Of a stretch of 64,000 nt of DNA, positions 47,779 through 61,940 are shown one piece after another. Each line of letters opens with the position of its first letter. The stretch's first letter is position 1. The stretch covers positions 29,574,001 to 29,638,000 of the forward strand of contig NC_043016.1 in NCBI RefSeq assembly GCF_006345805.1. The letters run 5' to 3'. The position numbers and the translations under genes are program-made. Below the pieces are notes generated by a model. That model ran no database searches and was not told the origin of the DNA. It saw only the letters and a list, made by a program, of their open reading frames with translations. The DNA is from Octopus sinensis. Taxonomy: Eukaryota.

Positions 47779-48179
47779 GGCGTTGGAGTGGCTGTGTGGT
47801 AAGTAGCTTTCTTATGAACCACATGGTTCCAGGTTCAGTCCCACTGCGTGGCACCTTGGGCAAGTGTCTTCTACTATAGCCTCAGGCCAATCAAAACCTT
47901 GTGAGTGGATTTGGTAGACGGAAACTGAAAGAAGCTCATCGTATATATGTATATATATATATATATGTGTGTGTGTGTCTGTGTTTGTTCACCCAACATC
48001 GCTTGACAACCGATGCTGGTGTGTTTACGTCCCTGTAACTTAGCGGTTCGGCAAAAGAGACCTATAGAATAAGTACTAGGCTTACAAAGAATAAGTCCTG
48101 GGGTTGATTTGCTCGGCTAAAGGCGGTGCTCCAGCATGGCTACAGTGAAATGACTGAAACAAGTAAAAGAGTAAAAGAA
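47779..48179 (+). mobile_element. Young full-length SINE-A
   Basis: Complete head to tail AAACAAGTAAAAGAGTAAAAGA. Confidence 0.92.
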
Positions 48180-48505
48180 TATCTGTAGAGATAACTTCAA
48201 CAAAATAATGGGATGAAGTTGTCTTATGGAGACTGTACTGCTTAGTGGTATGCTATGCTACTGAAGACATGACCACCCCACTGTCACAACCATTGGGCTT
48301 AAAGGCTGAGATATTGTTTACCTTACCATGCTTACATTTGTTGCCCCTACAGATTGTATTCTTGCTCCCACCCCATGCCATTTACCTGTTACTCCCTCAC
48401 TGTTCATGTGTCTTCTTTTCACTCACATCTCACTGCCTCATGTCCTCACCTTCTGCTGACTTCACCATCCTCATCACTCTGACCTCCTCTCCCTTCACTA
48501 GCCGG

Positions 48506-48559
<54 letters not shown>

Positions 48560-48789
48560 TTTTATTTTATTTGTTTTAGCCATTTGACTACGTCTATGCT
48601 AGAACATCACCTTAAAGTTTTACTCTAACAAATCGACCCCAGGACTTCTTTATTTTTTTTCTAAGCCTAGTACTTATTCTATTGGTTTCTTTTGCCAAAC
48701 CACTAAGTTATGGGGATGTAAACACACCAACACTGGTTGTCAAGTGGTGATGAGGAGACAAATACAGGCACAAAGATACACATATGTAC

Positions 48790-49012
48790 ATCTAGCTGTA
48801 GAAACCATGCCAAAATTGACCTTGTCTGTGCTTGTGCCGTGTAATAAGCACTCAATTCACTCTGCTGGGTATTGGTGTTAGGAAGGGCATCCAGCCATAA
48901 AATCCAGCCATTACAGACATAAAAGTTTGGTGCCAGCTCCTGCCTGGCTGGCTCCAATCAAACCGTCCAGTCCATGCCTGCATGGAAGGCAGACATTAAA
49001 CGATGATGATAT
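48790..49012 (+). mobile_element. RTE-type 3' end with (GAT)n tail, lying between two halves of a minus-strand SINE-A (48570-48780 and 49084-49235)
   Basis: GGAAGGGCATCCAGCC..AACCGTCCAGTCCATGCCTGCATGGAAGGCAGACATTAAACGATGATGAT. Confidence 0.8.
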
Positions 49013-49016
49013 ATTA

Positions 49017-49085
<69 letters not shown>

Positions 49086-49510
49086 GTTTCTTTCCATCTA
49101 CCAAATTCACTCACAAAGCTTTGGTCGGTCTGAAGCTATTGTAGAAGGCACTTGCCCAATGTGCCATACAGTGGGACTGAGCCCAGAGCCATGAGTTTGG
49201 GAGGCAAGCTTCTTATCACACAGCCACGCCCACACCTATGTATATTTATATATATAAGAGTTTGCATTGGACCACCCTAACCTCCTTACTCAATGCATTC
49301 AAACTTTACTCTTCCGTACGGCTGGCTCGCATTCTCTCTTCTGGGCCACCTCTGTTGTTGCCCATCGCCAATCTTCTTTCTGTCTCATCACCAGCCATTA
49401 TCTTTGTCCACCTCTGCTATTTACCAGTCACTCTCCTGCCACCCGCATCCTCAAGTATTTCAGATTTTCCCATCATACACATACTTGCTCCTTCCACCTA
49501 CTTTCTCATT

Positions 49511-50015
49511 CTAATTCTTTTTATGTCATTCCACCATTCCTCCTCCTCCTCTTATTCTCCTCCTTGGTCTTCTTGCTTAAAATTATTGAATGCTTTCTAC
49601 ATTTACTGTGTACAAAACACCCAAGGCAGTAGGAAGACCATATAGTTGTTGGAACCAAGCTAAATGACATTGATGAGCATCACGGTATGGGAGCAGTGGC
49701 TCCTGATAAGAAATGTCTTGGGAGTCCTTGGGTTCTGTAGGTTTGTGAGCTGTATGGTGTCTTCAATAATGCCGGTAGCAGAGGAAGAGCATTTGAGCAT
49801 AGAAACATAACAAAGCAGAGAGTGGAGCGCGATCTATTCTTTGGACCCAGAGCCAGTCCCAGGAACTTTTTAAAGGGAGGGTACAAGGTCAGAAAGGAAT
49901 ACAATTCCAGGAAAAAAGTGCCTAGTACCCTTATTTAGAAGGCTGCACTTTTCTTGAGGAGGGCACATGCCCCTCAAGCACCCACCCCCGTGGCCCCATT
50001 GGATCTTTGTCAAAG
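49511..50015 (+). repeat. 505-bp direct repeat, copy A (donor)
   Basis: About 96-97% identical by eye to 51241-51745. Confidence 0.95.
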
Positions 50016-50714
50016 AATAGAATGTGGACATTAAATGATGTATATGCATATGTGCATTCATACATGCACTCGTGCACATGCATATATGCACCTACACGGG
50101 GCATGTAATGCTGAAAGAGACAGCCTAGACAAAAGACATGAAATTTTATGTATTTCTGCTTTTGTTTCTTTTAAAAACTTTTTTGGTACATGGAGAAGTT
50201 GAATGGTGGAAAAAGCCTAGAATACATGGTTTCAAGATATGATCTCTTAAATATCATATCTTGATAAAAGATGAAGTGAAGGGTTTATCATTTTACTAAA
50301 AATTCTGAAAAAAAACGTTCTTTTTTTTTCTTTTAATTTACTTATCCATTTTTGGGATACCTTTCTTTATTGAAACATTTTTGATTTATATTATCTATTT
50401 CTTACCATTTTTTAATAAAATATCAAACTTATAAACATACACGCATGCACACGCACACACACACACACACACATTGACCTGCCTCTTTTCCATGCTTGCA
50501 TGGGTCAGATGGAATTTGTTGAGGCAGATTTCCTATGGTCAGATGACGTTCCTGTCACCAGCCTCCACCTGTTTCCAAGTAAAATAATATTTTTCCACAG
50601 CTAGACATGATTTTCATGGAAACAAACAACCCCCTTTGTATGACAATGACACTTATTTAGGACCATCATGTCATGTGTAAACAAGGGTATGCACATACAC
50701 ACACGTGCATGTGT

Positions 50715-52069
50715 AAGTTCCTGGATTAGTTACGTATAATAAAAAATAACTTATTTAACTAAGTCTTAACATCATCTCCTTCAAAATACACCAGTTCCAG
50801 CATTCTTGCCACTTTTGGAATCTGGCTTGGAAGTTGTTTTCCATAAGCGAGTTGATGACCTTCTTGTGATTCGCTCCTTATCTTGACAGTGGTGTTAAAA
50901 TGGTGGCCTTTGAGCTGCATTTCCATTTTGGGGAAGAGATGGAAGCATGCAGGTGCTTAATTTGGCAAATAGAGTTGGTGTGGAAGCGATACCGTGTTGT
51001 TTTTGGCAAGAAACTCACAAATGAGGAGAGCTCAATGATGGTGCATTGTCATCATGAAGAATCCAATACTTTGTGCTCCACAGATCTGGTTGTTTTCACC
51101 AAATTCCCCCCCCTCAAATGCTTCAAAACATCATCGTACAACTCTCAATTGATCGTCTGACTCTAGGGAATGAATTCTTGAAGCATGTCTGAAAAAAAAA
51201 AAGAAGCAAACAATCAGCATTCTCTTGATTGTGCTGGAATCTAATTCTTTTTATGTCATCCCACCATTCCTCCTCTCCCATCATTCTCCTCCTTGGTCTT
51301 CTTGCTTAAAATTATTGAATGCTTTCTACTTTTACTGTGTACAAAACACCCAAGGCAGTAGGAAGAGCATATAGTTGTTGGAACCAAGCTAAATGACGTT
51401 GATGAGCATCAAGGTATGGGAGCAGTGGCTCCTGATGAGAAATGTCTTGGGAGTCCTTGGGTTCTGTAGGTTTGTGAGCTGTATGGTGTCTTCAATAATG
51501 CCGGTAGCAGAGAAAGAGCATTCGAGCATAGAAAACATAACAAAGCAGAGAGTGGAGCGTGATCTATTCTTTGGACCCAGAGCCAGTCCCAGGAACTTTT
51601 TAAAGGGAGGGTACAAGGTCAGAAAGGAATACAATTCCAGGAAAAAAGTGCCTAGTACCCTTATTTAGAAGGATGCACTTTTCTTGAGGAGGGCACATGC
51701 CCCTCGGGCACCCACCCCCGTAGCCCCATTGGATCTTTGTCAAAGCTTCACTTGAAACATTACGTATGACCCATTGCCGCGTCGCCGTGATCTTGCCAAC
51801 GCATGCTCAATGTCTGTAGCAGACCTACCAAGTTTAATGCAGAATTTCACGGCGGCTCTTTTTTTCTTCCTGTCTACAAAAAAAACAAAAAAAAACACAG
51901 ACTACAGCATACACGTGATCACAAAAACACAAATTTCACAACTTGCAAAGTAAACACAGCAATCTCACTTGGTATACTGCCCCTGAAAGGTCACTGCTAG
52001 GTCTCATTGCACATGCAAATGTGTTGGCACACAACAGAACTAGTCTGGGATCTTTTTGATACTACCTCA
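50715..52069 (-). mobile_element. Mariner transposon with internal deletion and a 505-bp filler
   Basis: Minus strand: N-terminus RAAVKFCIKLGRSAT..GDAAMG (51860-51750); C-terminal half IKRMLIV..EFIP..QTIN..WILHDDNAP..FLAKNNT..LPH..AP..FHLFPKM...LKG (51240-50790). Right end TA|TGAGGTAGTATCAAAAAGATCCCAGACTAGT; partial left TIR AAGTTCCTGGATTAGT. Confidence 0.87.
51241..51745 (+). repeat. 505-bp direct repeat, copy B (inside the mariner)
   Basis: Both ends abut mariner transposase sequence. Confidence 0.95.
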
Positions 52070-52157
52070 TATATGTATGCATTTATGTATATATGTATGC
52101 ATGTATGCATATTCCTGTATGTAGGTGTATATGCATGTGTATGCATGTGCGTGTGTG

Positions 52158-52200
<43 letters not shown>

Positions 52201-52344
52201 GTATGTGTGGATATAGGTATATCTATCACCAAATCTACTCACAATGCTTTGGTTGACTCGAGGCAGTGTGACTGAACCCAAGACCACATGGTTGGGATGC
52301 AGGTTTCTTAACCACATAACCACACTTGTATATATTTATCTTAA

Positions 52345-52670
52345 CTTTTACTTGTTTCAGTCACTAAATTGTGGCCATGCTGGAGCACTGCCTTGAAGAA
52401 TTTTTAGTTGAATGAATCGACACCAGTACATATTTTAAGCTTGGCATTTATTCTATCAGTCACTTTTGCCAGACTGCTAAGTTACAGGAATATATACGCA
52501 CCAACACTGGTTTGTTAAGCGATGGTGGAGGACAAATACAGACACACACACACACAGAGGCTTTGATTAGCCCAAGGCTATAATAAAAGACACTTACCCA
52601 AGATGCTATGCTATAGGACTGAACCTGGATCCATGTGGTTAGGATGCAAGCTTCTTACCACACAGCCATG
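52345..52670 (-). mobile_element. Older SINE-A (plus a separate head fragment at 52200-52330)
   Basis: TTTACTTGTTTCAGTCA..GGCCATGCTGGAGCAC..CCACACAGCCA. Confidence 0.78.
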
Positions 52671-52844
52671 TCTAATTGATTGTTTTTCTTGCTTTTTATC
52701 TACAAATATAGTATTGCTTTCTTTTTGAGACTATATCAATTGAATATTAGAGTTATTGATTTTTATCAATACTGGGATGTAGTGGAAAACTGGATTTGTT
52801 TTTAGAACAGAGAGAGTGAAAGAGAAATACTGATATGAACATAT

Positions 52845-53636
52845 CTGTCAGAAACTGATGCAGGAGGAAGTGCATGCTTCAGTTGAGGAAAAACAAGTGG
52901 AGCAGTAGTAATATGGAAATGACTCTTGAACGAAGTGGGAACCACTGATTGTGCCGAATGTCACTTACCAGGACATCTGGAAGTGGAACCCACAAAGGAT
53001 CAAGTTCTTAATACAAGATGGGAGTCGGGGAGGAGTCTATGAGGTTGTCTCCAGCCTTTCTAATATTTTTAGATGGGACATAGTATAAATAACGACATAC
53101 CTCCTCATATTCTAAGATAGGGACCCTCTAACACAATATGAGAGTTCTGGTCCGGGCATTAAATGAGGGGCAATGCTATCTCTGCTGGCATGACCAGAGT
53201 CTCAAGACATTTGCAGGCACAGTCAGCAAGGAAATTAGTGACTGCTAAAATAATTTTCTTCCCAATCAGAAAGACTGCCTTTGTTCAGTAGGGAGGAGAG
53301 TGACTAAGTAAAAAACACAAGAACTGCTTTGATGTTTGGTTTGCTTTGTATGTCATGTGACTAGGGGATGATGAGGACTGAGCTGAATTGGAGAGGCCAA
53401 TGAAATTTTCATTGTATATTGTCTGGTTCTCGTTAAAATCAGATATCTTGGTTTCTGATACTCTGAGAGAAAAGGATGGAAGCGGTGCAAGAGTAGCAGA
53501 GGATGAAGTACTAGGAGTACTGCTGGAAGAGATGAAGGTGGGTAGTCCAGAGTTCACAGGTTGTTCATTTAGCAAGGTCTATGGAATCCTGAACATTACA
53601 AGAGTGATTAGAAGAGCCACCAAGAACATTGTTGTC
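52845..53636 (+). mobile_element. Decayed HERO-like (R2-group, restriction-like endonuclease) non-LTR retrotransposon C-terminus
   Basis: QEEVHASVEE, VTYQDIWKWNPQRIKFLIQ, VYEVVSSLSN, LNEG..Y..WHDQ.LK, LERPMKF...SLKSDILV (RPD-like) and KVGSPEFTGCSFSKVYGILNI parallel recalled HERO motifs (ITWxDLW..EPxRIKFLI, RYRWRHDQVL, LKFP..TTLRPDIV, EVGCRGF). Confidence 0.68.
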
Positions 53637-53778
53637 TCTAAGGCCCTTCGATTCTAATCCTTGTTTCCACACCTGAAACCTCTCCTGAAGTTCTGATAGT
53701 GACTCAGTAATTAGAACAAGGTCGTCAGCATAGAGGAGCTCCCAGGGGCATTCTGTCTTGAATTCCTGTTATTGCCTG
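53637..53778 (-). mobile_element. RTE RT fragment (YADD region)
   Basis: Close match to 3377-3520; translates [37 protein letters not shown]. Confidence 0.9.
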
Positions 53779-53921
53779 TGTATATATATGTTATATATGT
53801 ATGTGTGTGTGTGTATATATAATATATATATTGTGTTATATATGTATGTGTGTGTATATTATATATATATGTTATGTATGGGGTGTATATATATATATTA
53901 TATATGTTATGTATGTATGTG

Positions 53922-53952
<31 letters not shown>

Positions 53953-53997
53953 ATATATTATGTATGTATATATATTATGTATGTATATATATATATG

Positions 53998-54028
<31 letters not shown>

Positions 54029-54101
54029 TATGGTATATATATATGTATGTATGTATGTATGTAGATATATATATATATATGTATGTATGTATGTATATAT
54101 A

Positions 54102-54140
<39 letters not shown>

Positions 54141-57100
54141 TATATATATATGTATGTATGTTATATATATATGTTGTATGTATGTATGTATGTATGTATA
54201 TATATATATATGTATGTATGTATGTATGTATATATATATGTATGTATATATAATATGTTATGTATGTATGTATGTATATATATATGTATGTATATATATA
54301 TATATGTTATGTATGTATGTTGTATATATATATGTATGTATATATATATAATGTTATGTATGTATGTAATATATATATATATATATGTTATGTATGTATA
54401 TATATATATATATATGTTATGTATGTATGTATATATATATATATATATGTTATGTATGTATATATATATATATATGTTATGTATTATATAGAATATATAT
54501 ATTATGTATGTATGTATATATATATATATATGTTATGTATGTATATATATATATATGTTTATGTATGTATGTATATATATATATATATATGTTATGTATG
54601 TATGTATATATATAATATATGTTATGTAATGTAGTGTAAATATATATATATATGTTTATGTATGTATATATATATATATGTTATGTATGTATGTATATAT
54701 ATATATGTTATGTATGTATATATATATATATATGTTTATGTATGATATATAATATATATATGTTATGTATGTATATATATATATGGTATGTATGTATGTA
54801 TATATATATATATATGGTATGTATGTATGTATGTATATATATATATATGGTATGTATTATGTATATATATATATGGTATGTATGTATATATATATATATA
54901 TTGTTATGTATGTATGTATATATATATATATATGTTATGTATGTATGTATATATATATATATATATGGTATGTATGTATATATATATATATGTTATGTAT
55001 GTATGTATATATATATATATATGGTATGTATGTATATATATATATATGTTATGTATGTATGTATATATATATATATAATGTTATGTATGTATGTATATAT
55101 ATATAATATATAGATTTTATGTATGTATGTATATATATATATATATGTTATGTGTATGTATATATATATATGTTATGTATGTATGTATATATATATATGT
55201 TTATGTATGTATGTATATATATATATATGTTATGTATGTATGTATATATATATATATGTTATGTAGTATGTATATATATATATATATATGTTATGTATGT
55301 ATGTATATATATATATTTAATATATGTTATGTATGTATGTAATATATATATATATATGTTATGTATGTATGTATATATATATATATGTTATGTATGTATA
55401 TATATATATATATGTTATGTATGTATTATATATATATATATATGTTATGTATGTATGTATATATATATAATATGTATGTTATGTATGTTATATAATATAT
55501 ATATGTAGGTATGTAGTATATATATATATATATGTTATGTATGTATGTATATATATTCTATATGTTATGTATGTATGTATATATCTATATGTTATGTATG
55601 TATGTATATATATATATGTTATGTATGTATGTATGTATATATATATATGTTATTATGTATGTATATATATATATCTATGTTATGTATGTATATATATATA
55701 TATATATGTTATGTATGTATATATATATATATATATGTTATGTATGTATATATATATATATATATGTTATGTATGTATGTATATATATATATATATATGT
55801 TATGTATGTATGTATATATATATATATATGTTATGTATGTATATATATATATATATATGTTATGTATGTATGTATATATATATATGTTATGTATGTATAT
55901 ATATATATATATATGTTATGTATGTATGTATATATATAAATATTTATGTATGTATGTTATATTATATATATGTTATGTATGTATGTATATATATATTATA
56001 TGTTATGTATGTATGTATTATATAATATATATATGTTATGTATGTATGTATGTATATATTATATATATGTTATGTATGTATGTATATATATATATATATG
56101 TTATGTATGTATGTATATATATATATATGTTATGTATGTATGTATATATATATATATGTTATGTATGTATGTATATATATATATATGTTATGTATGTATG
56201 TATATATATATATATGTTATGTATGTATGTATATATGGTCTCACTGAGGAAATGACTAGAGACCGAGACCTCTGAAGTGTGCTGTGCGCGAGAAGACCCG
56301 GCAGGACAAGTGAGTCCATAACCCGAGGCCTTCTACATGGGATGGAGCCAGCCTACGTATGCATACCTTCCCTTCTTGGGACACAAACCTCTACTTGTGA
56401 AGACGTGATGAGGCAAGTGAGGATCAGAATCGAAATCGATCAATGGAAATTGCGGATGTGCTACCATTGCCGGTGGCATGTCAAAACTCTGCTTGTGAAC
56501 CCGTTGAGGCAAGTGACGATCAGAATCGAAATCGATCAATGGAAATTGCAGATGTGTTACCATTGTGCCGGGGGATGTAAGAGAACTTTCCGTTTCGCGC
56601 GACCGTTGCCAGCACCGCCGTTTCGTGTCCGTTGCCATCCTCGCCTGGCCCTCATGTGCCGGTGGCACATAAAAAGCACCATCCGTTCGTGGCCGTTTGC
56701 CAGCTCTGTCTGGCAACCAGTGCGGGTGGCACGTAAAAGCACCCATACACTCACGGAGTGGTTGGCGTTAGGAAGGGCATCCAGCCGTAGAAACACTGCC
56801 AGATTTGACTGGGCCTGATGAAGCCTTCTGGCTTCACAGACCCCAGAACCGTCCAACCCATGCTAGCATGGAAAACGGACGCTAAACGATGATGATGATG
56901 ATGATGATGTTATGTATGTATGTATATATATATATATATATATATGTTATGTATGTATGTATGTATGTATATTATATATATATAATATGTTATGTATGTA
57001 TGTATATATATATATAATATATATATGTTATGTATGTATGTTAATATATATATATATATAATGTTATGTATGTATGTATATATATATTATATATATATGT

Positions 57101-57554
57101 TATTATGTATGTATATATATATATATGTTATGTATGTATGTATATTATATATATATATATATGTTATGTATGTATGTATATATAATGTATATATATATAT
57201 ATGTTATGTATGTATATATATATATATGTTATGTATGTATATATATATATATATGTTATGTATGTATGTATATATATATATATATATATATATGTTATGA
57301 TGTATATATATATATATATGTTATGTATGTATATATATATATATGTTATGTATGTATATTATATATATGTTATGTATGTATGTATAATATATATAATATA
57401 TATATATGTTATGTATGTATATATATATATATTATATATATATATGTTATGTATTATATATATATATATATGTTATGTATGTATATATATATTATATATA
57501 TAATATGTTATGTATGTATGTAGATATATATATATATATAGGTTGGTATGTATG

Positions 57555-57593
<39 letters not shown>

Positions 57594-57685
57594 ATGTATG
57601 TATGTATATATATATATTATTATATGTTATGTATGTATGTATATATATATATTATATATATATATATATATATTATGTTATGTAC

Positions 57686-57726
<41 letters not shown>

Positions 57727-57735
57727 GTATGTATG

Positions 57736-57772
<37 letters not shown>

Positions 57773-60700
57773 GTATGTATGTATATATTATATAATATAT
57801 ATATATATATCTATATATTATGTATGTATGTAATATATATATATATATAATTATGTATGTATATATATATATATATTATGTATGTAGTATATATATATAT
57901 ATATATTATGTATGTATATTATATAATATTATGTATGTATGTATATATATATATATATATTATGTATGTATGTATATATATATATATGTTATGTATGTAT
58001 ATATATATATATATGTTATGTATGTTATAATATATATATATATGTTATGTATGTATATATATATATATATATGTTATGTATGTAATATATATTATATATA
58101 TGTTATGTATGTATGTATATATATATGTTATGTATGATATATATATATATATATATATGTTAGTATGTATATATATATATATATATGTTATGTATGTATG
58201 TATATATATATGTTATGTATGTATGTATATATATATATATATGTTATGTATTGTATGTATATATATATATGTTATGTATTTATGTATGTATATATATATT
58301 TGTTGTATGTATGTTATATATAATATGTTATGTATGTATAATATATATGTTATGTATGTATATATATATATATGTTATGTATGTATGTATATATATATAT
58401 ATTGTATGTATGTATATATATATATATATGTTATATATATGTTATGTATGTATATATATATATATGTGATATATATGTTATGTATGTATATATATATATG
58501 TGATATATATATGTTACGTATGTATATATATATATATGTGATATATATATGTTATGTATGTATATATATATATGTGATATATATATGTTACGTATGTATA
58601 TATATATATGTGATATATATATGTTATGTATGTATATATATATATGTTATATATATGTTATGTATGTATATATATATATATGTGATATATATGTTATGTA
58701 TGTATATATATATGTTATATATATGTTATGTATGTATATATATATATGTTATATATATGTTATGTATGTATATATACATATATGTTATATATATGTTATG
58801 TATGTATATATATATATGTTATGTATGTATATATGTTATGTATGTATATATATATATATGTTATGTATGTATATATATGTTATGTGTGTATGTATATATA
58901 TATATGTTATGTATGTATGTATATATATATATATATATATATATGTCATGTATGTATATATATATGTTATGTATGTATATATATATGTTATGTATGTATA
59001 TAAATATGTTATGTATGTATGTATATAAATATGTTATGTATGTATGTATATAAATATGTTATGTATGTATGTATGTATATATATGTTATGTATGTATGTA
59101 TATATATATATGTTATGTATGTATGTACATATATGTTATGTATGTATGTATATATATATATGTTATGTATGTATGTATATATATATATGTTATGTATGTA
59201 TATGTATATATATATGTTATGTATGTATATGTATATATATGTTATGTATGTATGTATATATATATATGTTATGTATGTATATATATGTTATGTATGTATA
59301 TATATTTATGTATGTATATATATGTTATGTATGTATATATATGTTATGTATGTATATATATGTTATATGTATATATATGTTATATTATATATATGTTATG
59401 TATGTATATATATATATATGTTATGTATGTATATGTTATGTATGTATATATATGTTATGTATGTATATATATGTTATGTATGTATATATATGTTATATGT
59501 ATATATATGTTATGTATGTATATCTATATATATATGTTATGTATGTATATATGTTATGTATGTATATATGTTATGTATGTATATATGTTATGTATGTATG
59601 TATATATATGTTATGTATGTATGTATATATATATGTTATGTATGTATATATATATGTTATGTTTGTATGTATGTATATATATATGTTATGTTTGTATGTA
59701 TATATATATATATGTTATGTATGTATGTATATATATATGTTATGTATGTATATATATATGTTATGTATGTATGTATATATATATATATGTTATGTATGTA
59801 TGTATATATATATATATGTTATGTATGTATGTATATATATATATGTTATGTATGTATGTATATATATATATGTTATGTATGTATGTATATATATATATGT
59901 TATGTATGTATGTATATATATGTTATGTATGTATATATATATATATGTTATGTATGTATGTATGTATGTATATATATATGTTATGTATATATATATATGT
60001 TATGTATGTATGTATATATATATATGTTATGTATGTATGTATATATATGTTATGTATGTATGTATATATATGTTATGTATGTATATATATAGCTATGTTA
60101 TGTATGTATATATATATATATGTTATGTATGTATATATATATGTTATGTATGTATATATATATGTTATGTATGTATATATAATATATATGTTATGTATGT
60201 ATATATATATATATATATTGTTATGTATGTATATATATATATATGTTATGTATGTAGATATATATATATATATGTTATGTATGTATATATATATATATTA
60301 TGTTATGTATGTATATATATAATATATAAGTTTGTATGTATATATATATATATATGTTATGTATGTATATATATATGTTATGTATGTATATATATATGTT
60401 ATGTATGTATATATATGTTATGTATGTATATATATATATGTTATGTATGTATATATATATATATATGTTATGTATGTATATATATATATTATATGTTTAT
60501 GTATGTATATATATATATATATGTTGTATGTATATATTATATATATATAATATATATGTTATGTATGTATATATATATATATATATAAGTTATGTATGTA
60601 TATATATATATTATATATGTTATGTATGTATATATATATATATATATATGTTATGTATGTATATATATATATATATATGTTATATATGTATATATATATA

Positions 60701-61026
60701 TATATATAGTTATGTATGTATATATATATATATATAATATGTTATGTATGTATATATATATATATAATAAGTTACGTATGTATATATATATATATACGTT
60801 ACGTATGTATATATATATATATATATAGTTACATATGTATATATATATATATGTTATGTATGTATATATAATATGTTATGTATGTAAGTATATATAGTTA
60901 TGTATGTAAGTATATATATATGTTATGTATGTAAGTATATATATATGTTATGTATGTAAGTATATATATATGTTATGTATGTATATATATATGTTATGTA
61001 TGTATGTATATATAATATATATATAT

Positions 61027-61061
<35 letters not shown>

Positions 61062-61180
61062 TTATGTATGTATATATATATTCTGTATGTATGTATATTA
61101 TATATTATGTATGTATATATATATATTATGTATGTATGTATATATATATGTTATGTATGTATATATATATGTGTTATGTA

Positions 61181-61231
<51 letters not shown>

Positions 61232-61250
61232 TATCTGTATATATTATATA
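53779..61250. repeat. ~7.5-kb AT-rich satellite, unit about (AT)n-GT-TATG-(TATG)m, roughly 15-27 bp
   Basis: Directly visible; interrupted only by the RTE at 56237-56908. Confidence 0.95.
56237..56908 (+). mobile_element. 5'-truncated RTE (ORF end, 3' UTR, (GAT)n tail) inserted in the satellite
   Basis: Homologous to the reverse complement of 2600-1 but from a divergent subfamily; tail GATGATGAT at 56888-56908. Confidence 0.92.
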
Positions 61251-61464
61251 ATTACTGTGTGATTGACCGTTTTAAGACAAAAGAGCTATTTGAATGACCG
61301 GGAGGAGGGAGTAAAGTCAAGGGGGTTAAATGTTCATAGTATTTTCGTATGCGCACATGTCCATACATGCGCATATGTGCCTGCACACCCATGTACATGT
61401 GCCTATAAGTATACACTCATCCACCTTCACTTAAAACACACACATACTCACCCACGCCATTCAT

Positions 61465-61495
<31 letters not shown>

Positions 61496-61647
61496 CATGA
61501 CCGCATACACACTCGCAAACACACATACACGCGTGCACCAAAAAGGTTCATACAAACGTCTGTATACACACATGCACAAGAAAAACAGGGCTAAAGGCAA
61601 CAATACCGAAAAAAATGTACAATACAGAAGTGTACAATACTTTGGAA

Positions 61648-61940
61648 GCCTACTACTTATTCTATCAGTCTCTTGTGCTGAACCGCTAAGTGATGGGGAT
61701 GTAAACACACCAGCATCGTTTGTCAAGCGATGTTGGGAGGACAGACACACACACACACATATATATATACATATATATGACAGGCATCTTTTAGTGTCCG
61801 TCTACCAAATCCACTCACAAGGCTCTGGTCGACCCGAGGCTATAGTAGAAAACACTTGCCTAAGGTGCCACACAGTGAGAATGAACCCGGAACCATATGG
61901 TTGGTAAGCAAGCTACTTACCACACAACCACTCCTGTGCC
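61648..61940 (-). mobile_element. SINE-A lacking its 3' tail
   Basis: Matches 43540-43851. Confidence 0.87.

Noticed and set aside
49511-51745. 505-bp direct repeats as LTRs of a TRIM/LTR element
   Set aside because: No TG...CA ends, PBS, PPT or TSD, and the second copy lies inside a mariner ORF.
53637-56908. Twin-priming (5' inversion) origin linking the minus-strand RT fragment and the plus-strand RTE 3' end
   Set aside because: They are separated by 2.4 kb of satellite that continues beyond the 3' piece, and no shared TSD is visible; independent events are simpler.
53758-61297. Dozens of long ORFs (up to 514 aa, Y/I/M/C/V-rich) in the ORF track
   Set aside because: Stop-poor translations of (TA)/(TATG) satellite; no domain content. 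The same applies to ORFs at 5481-6215, 6653-6961, 17318-19105, 20209-20969, 27399-28021 and 37751-38224.
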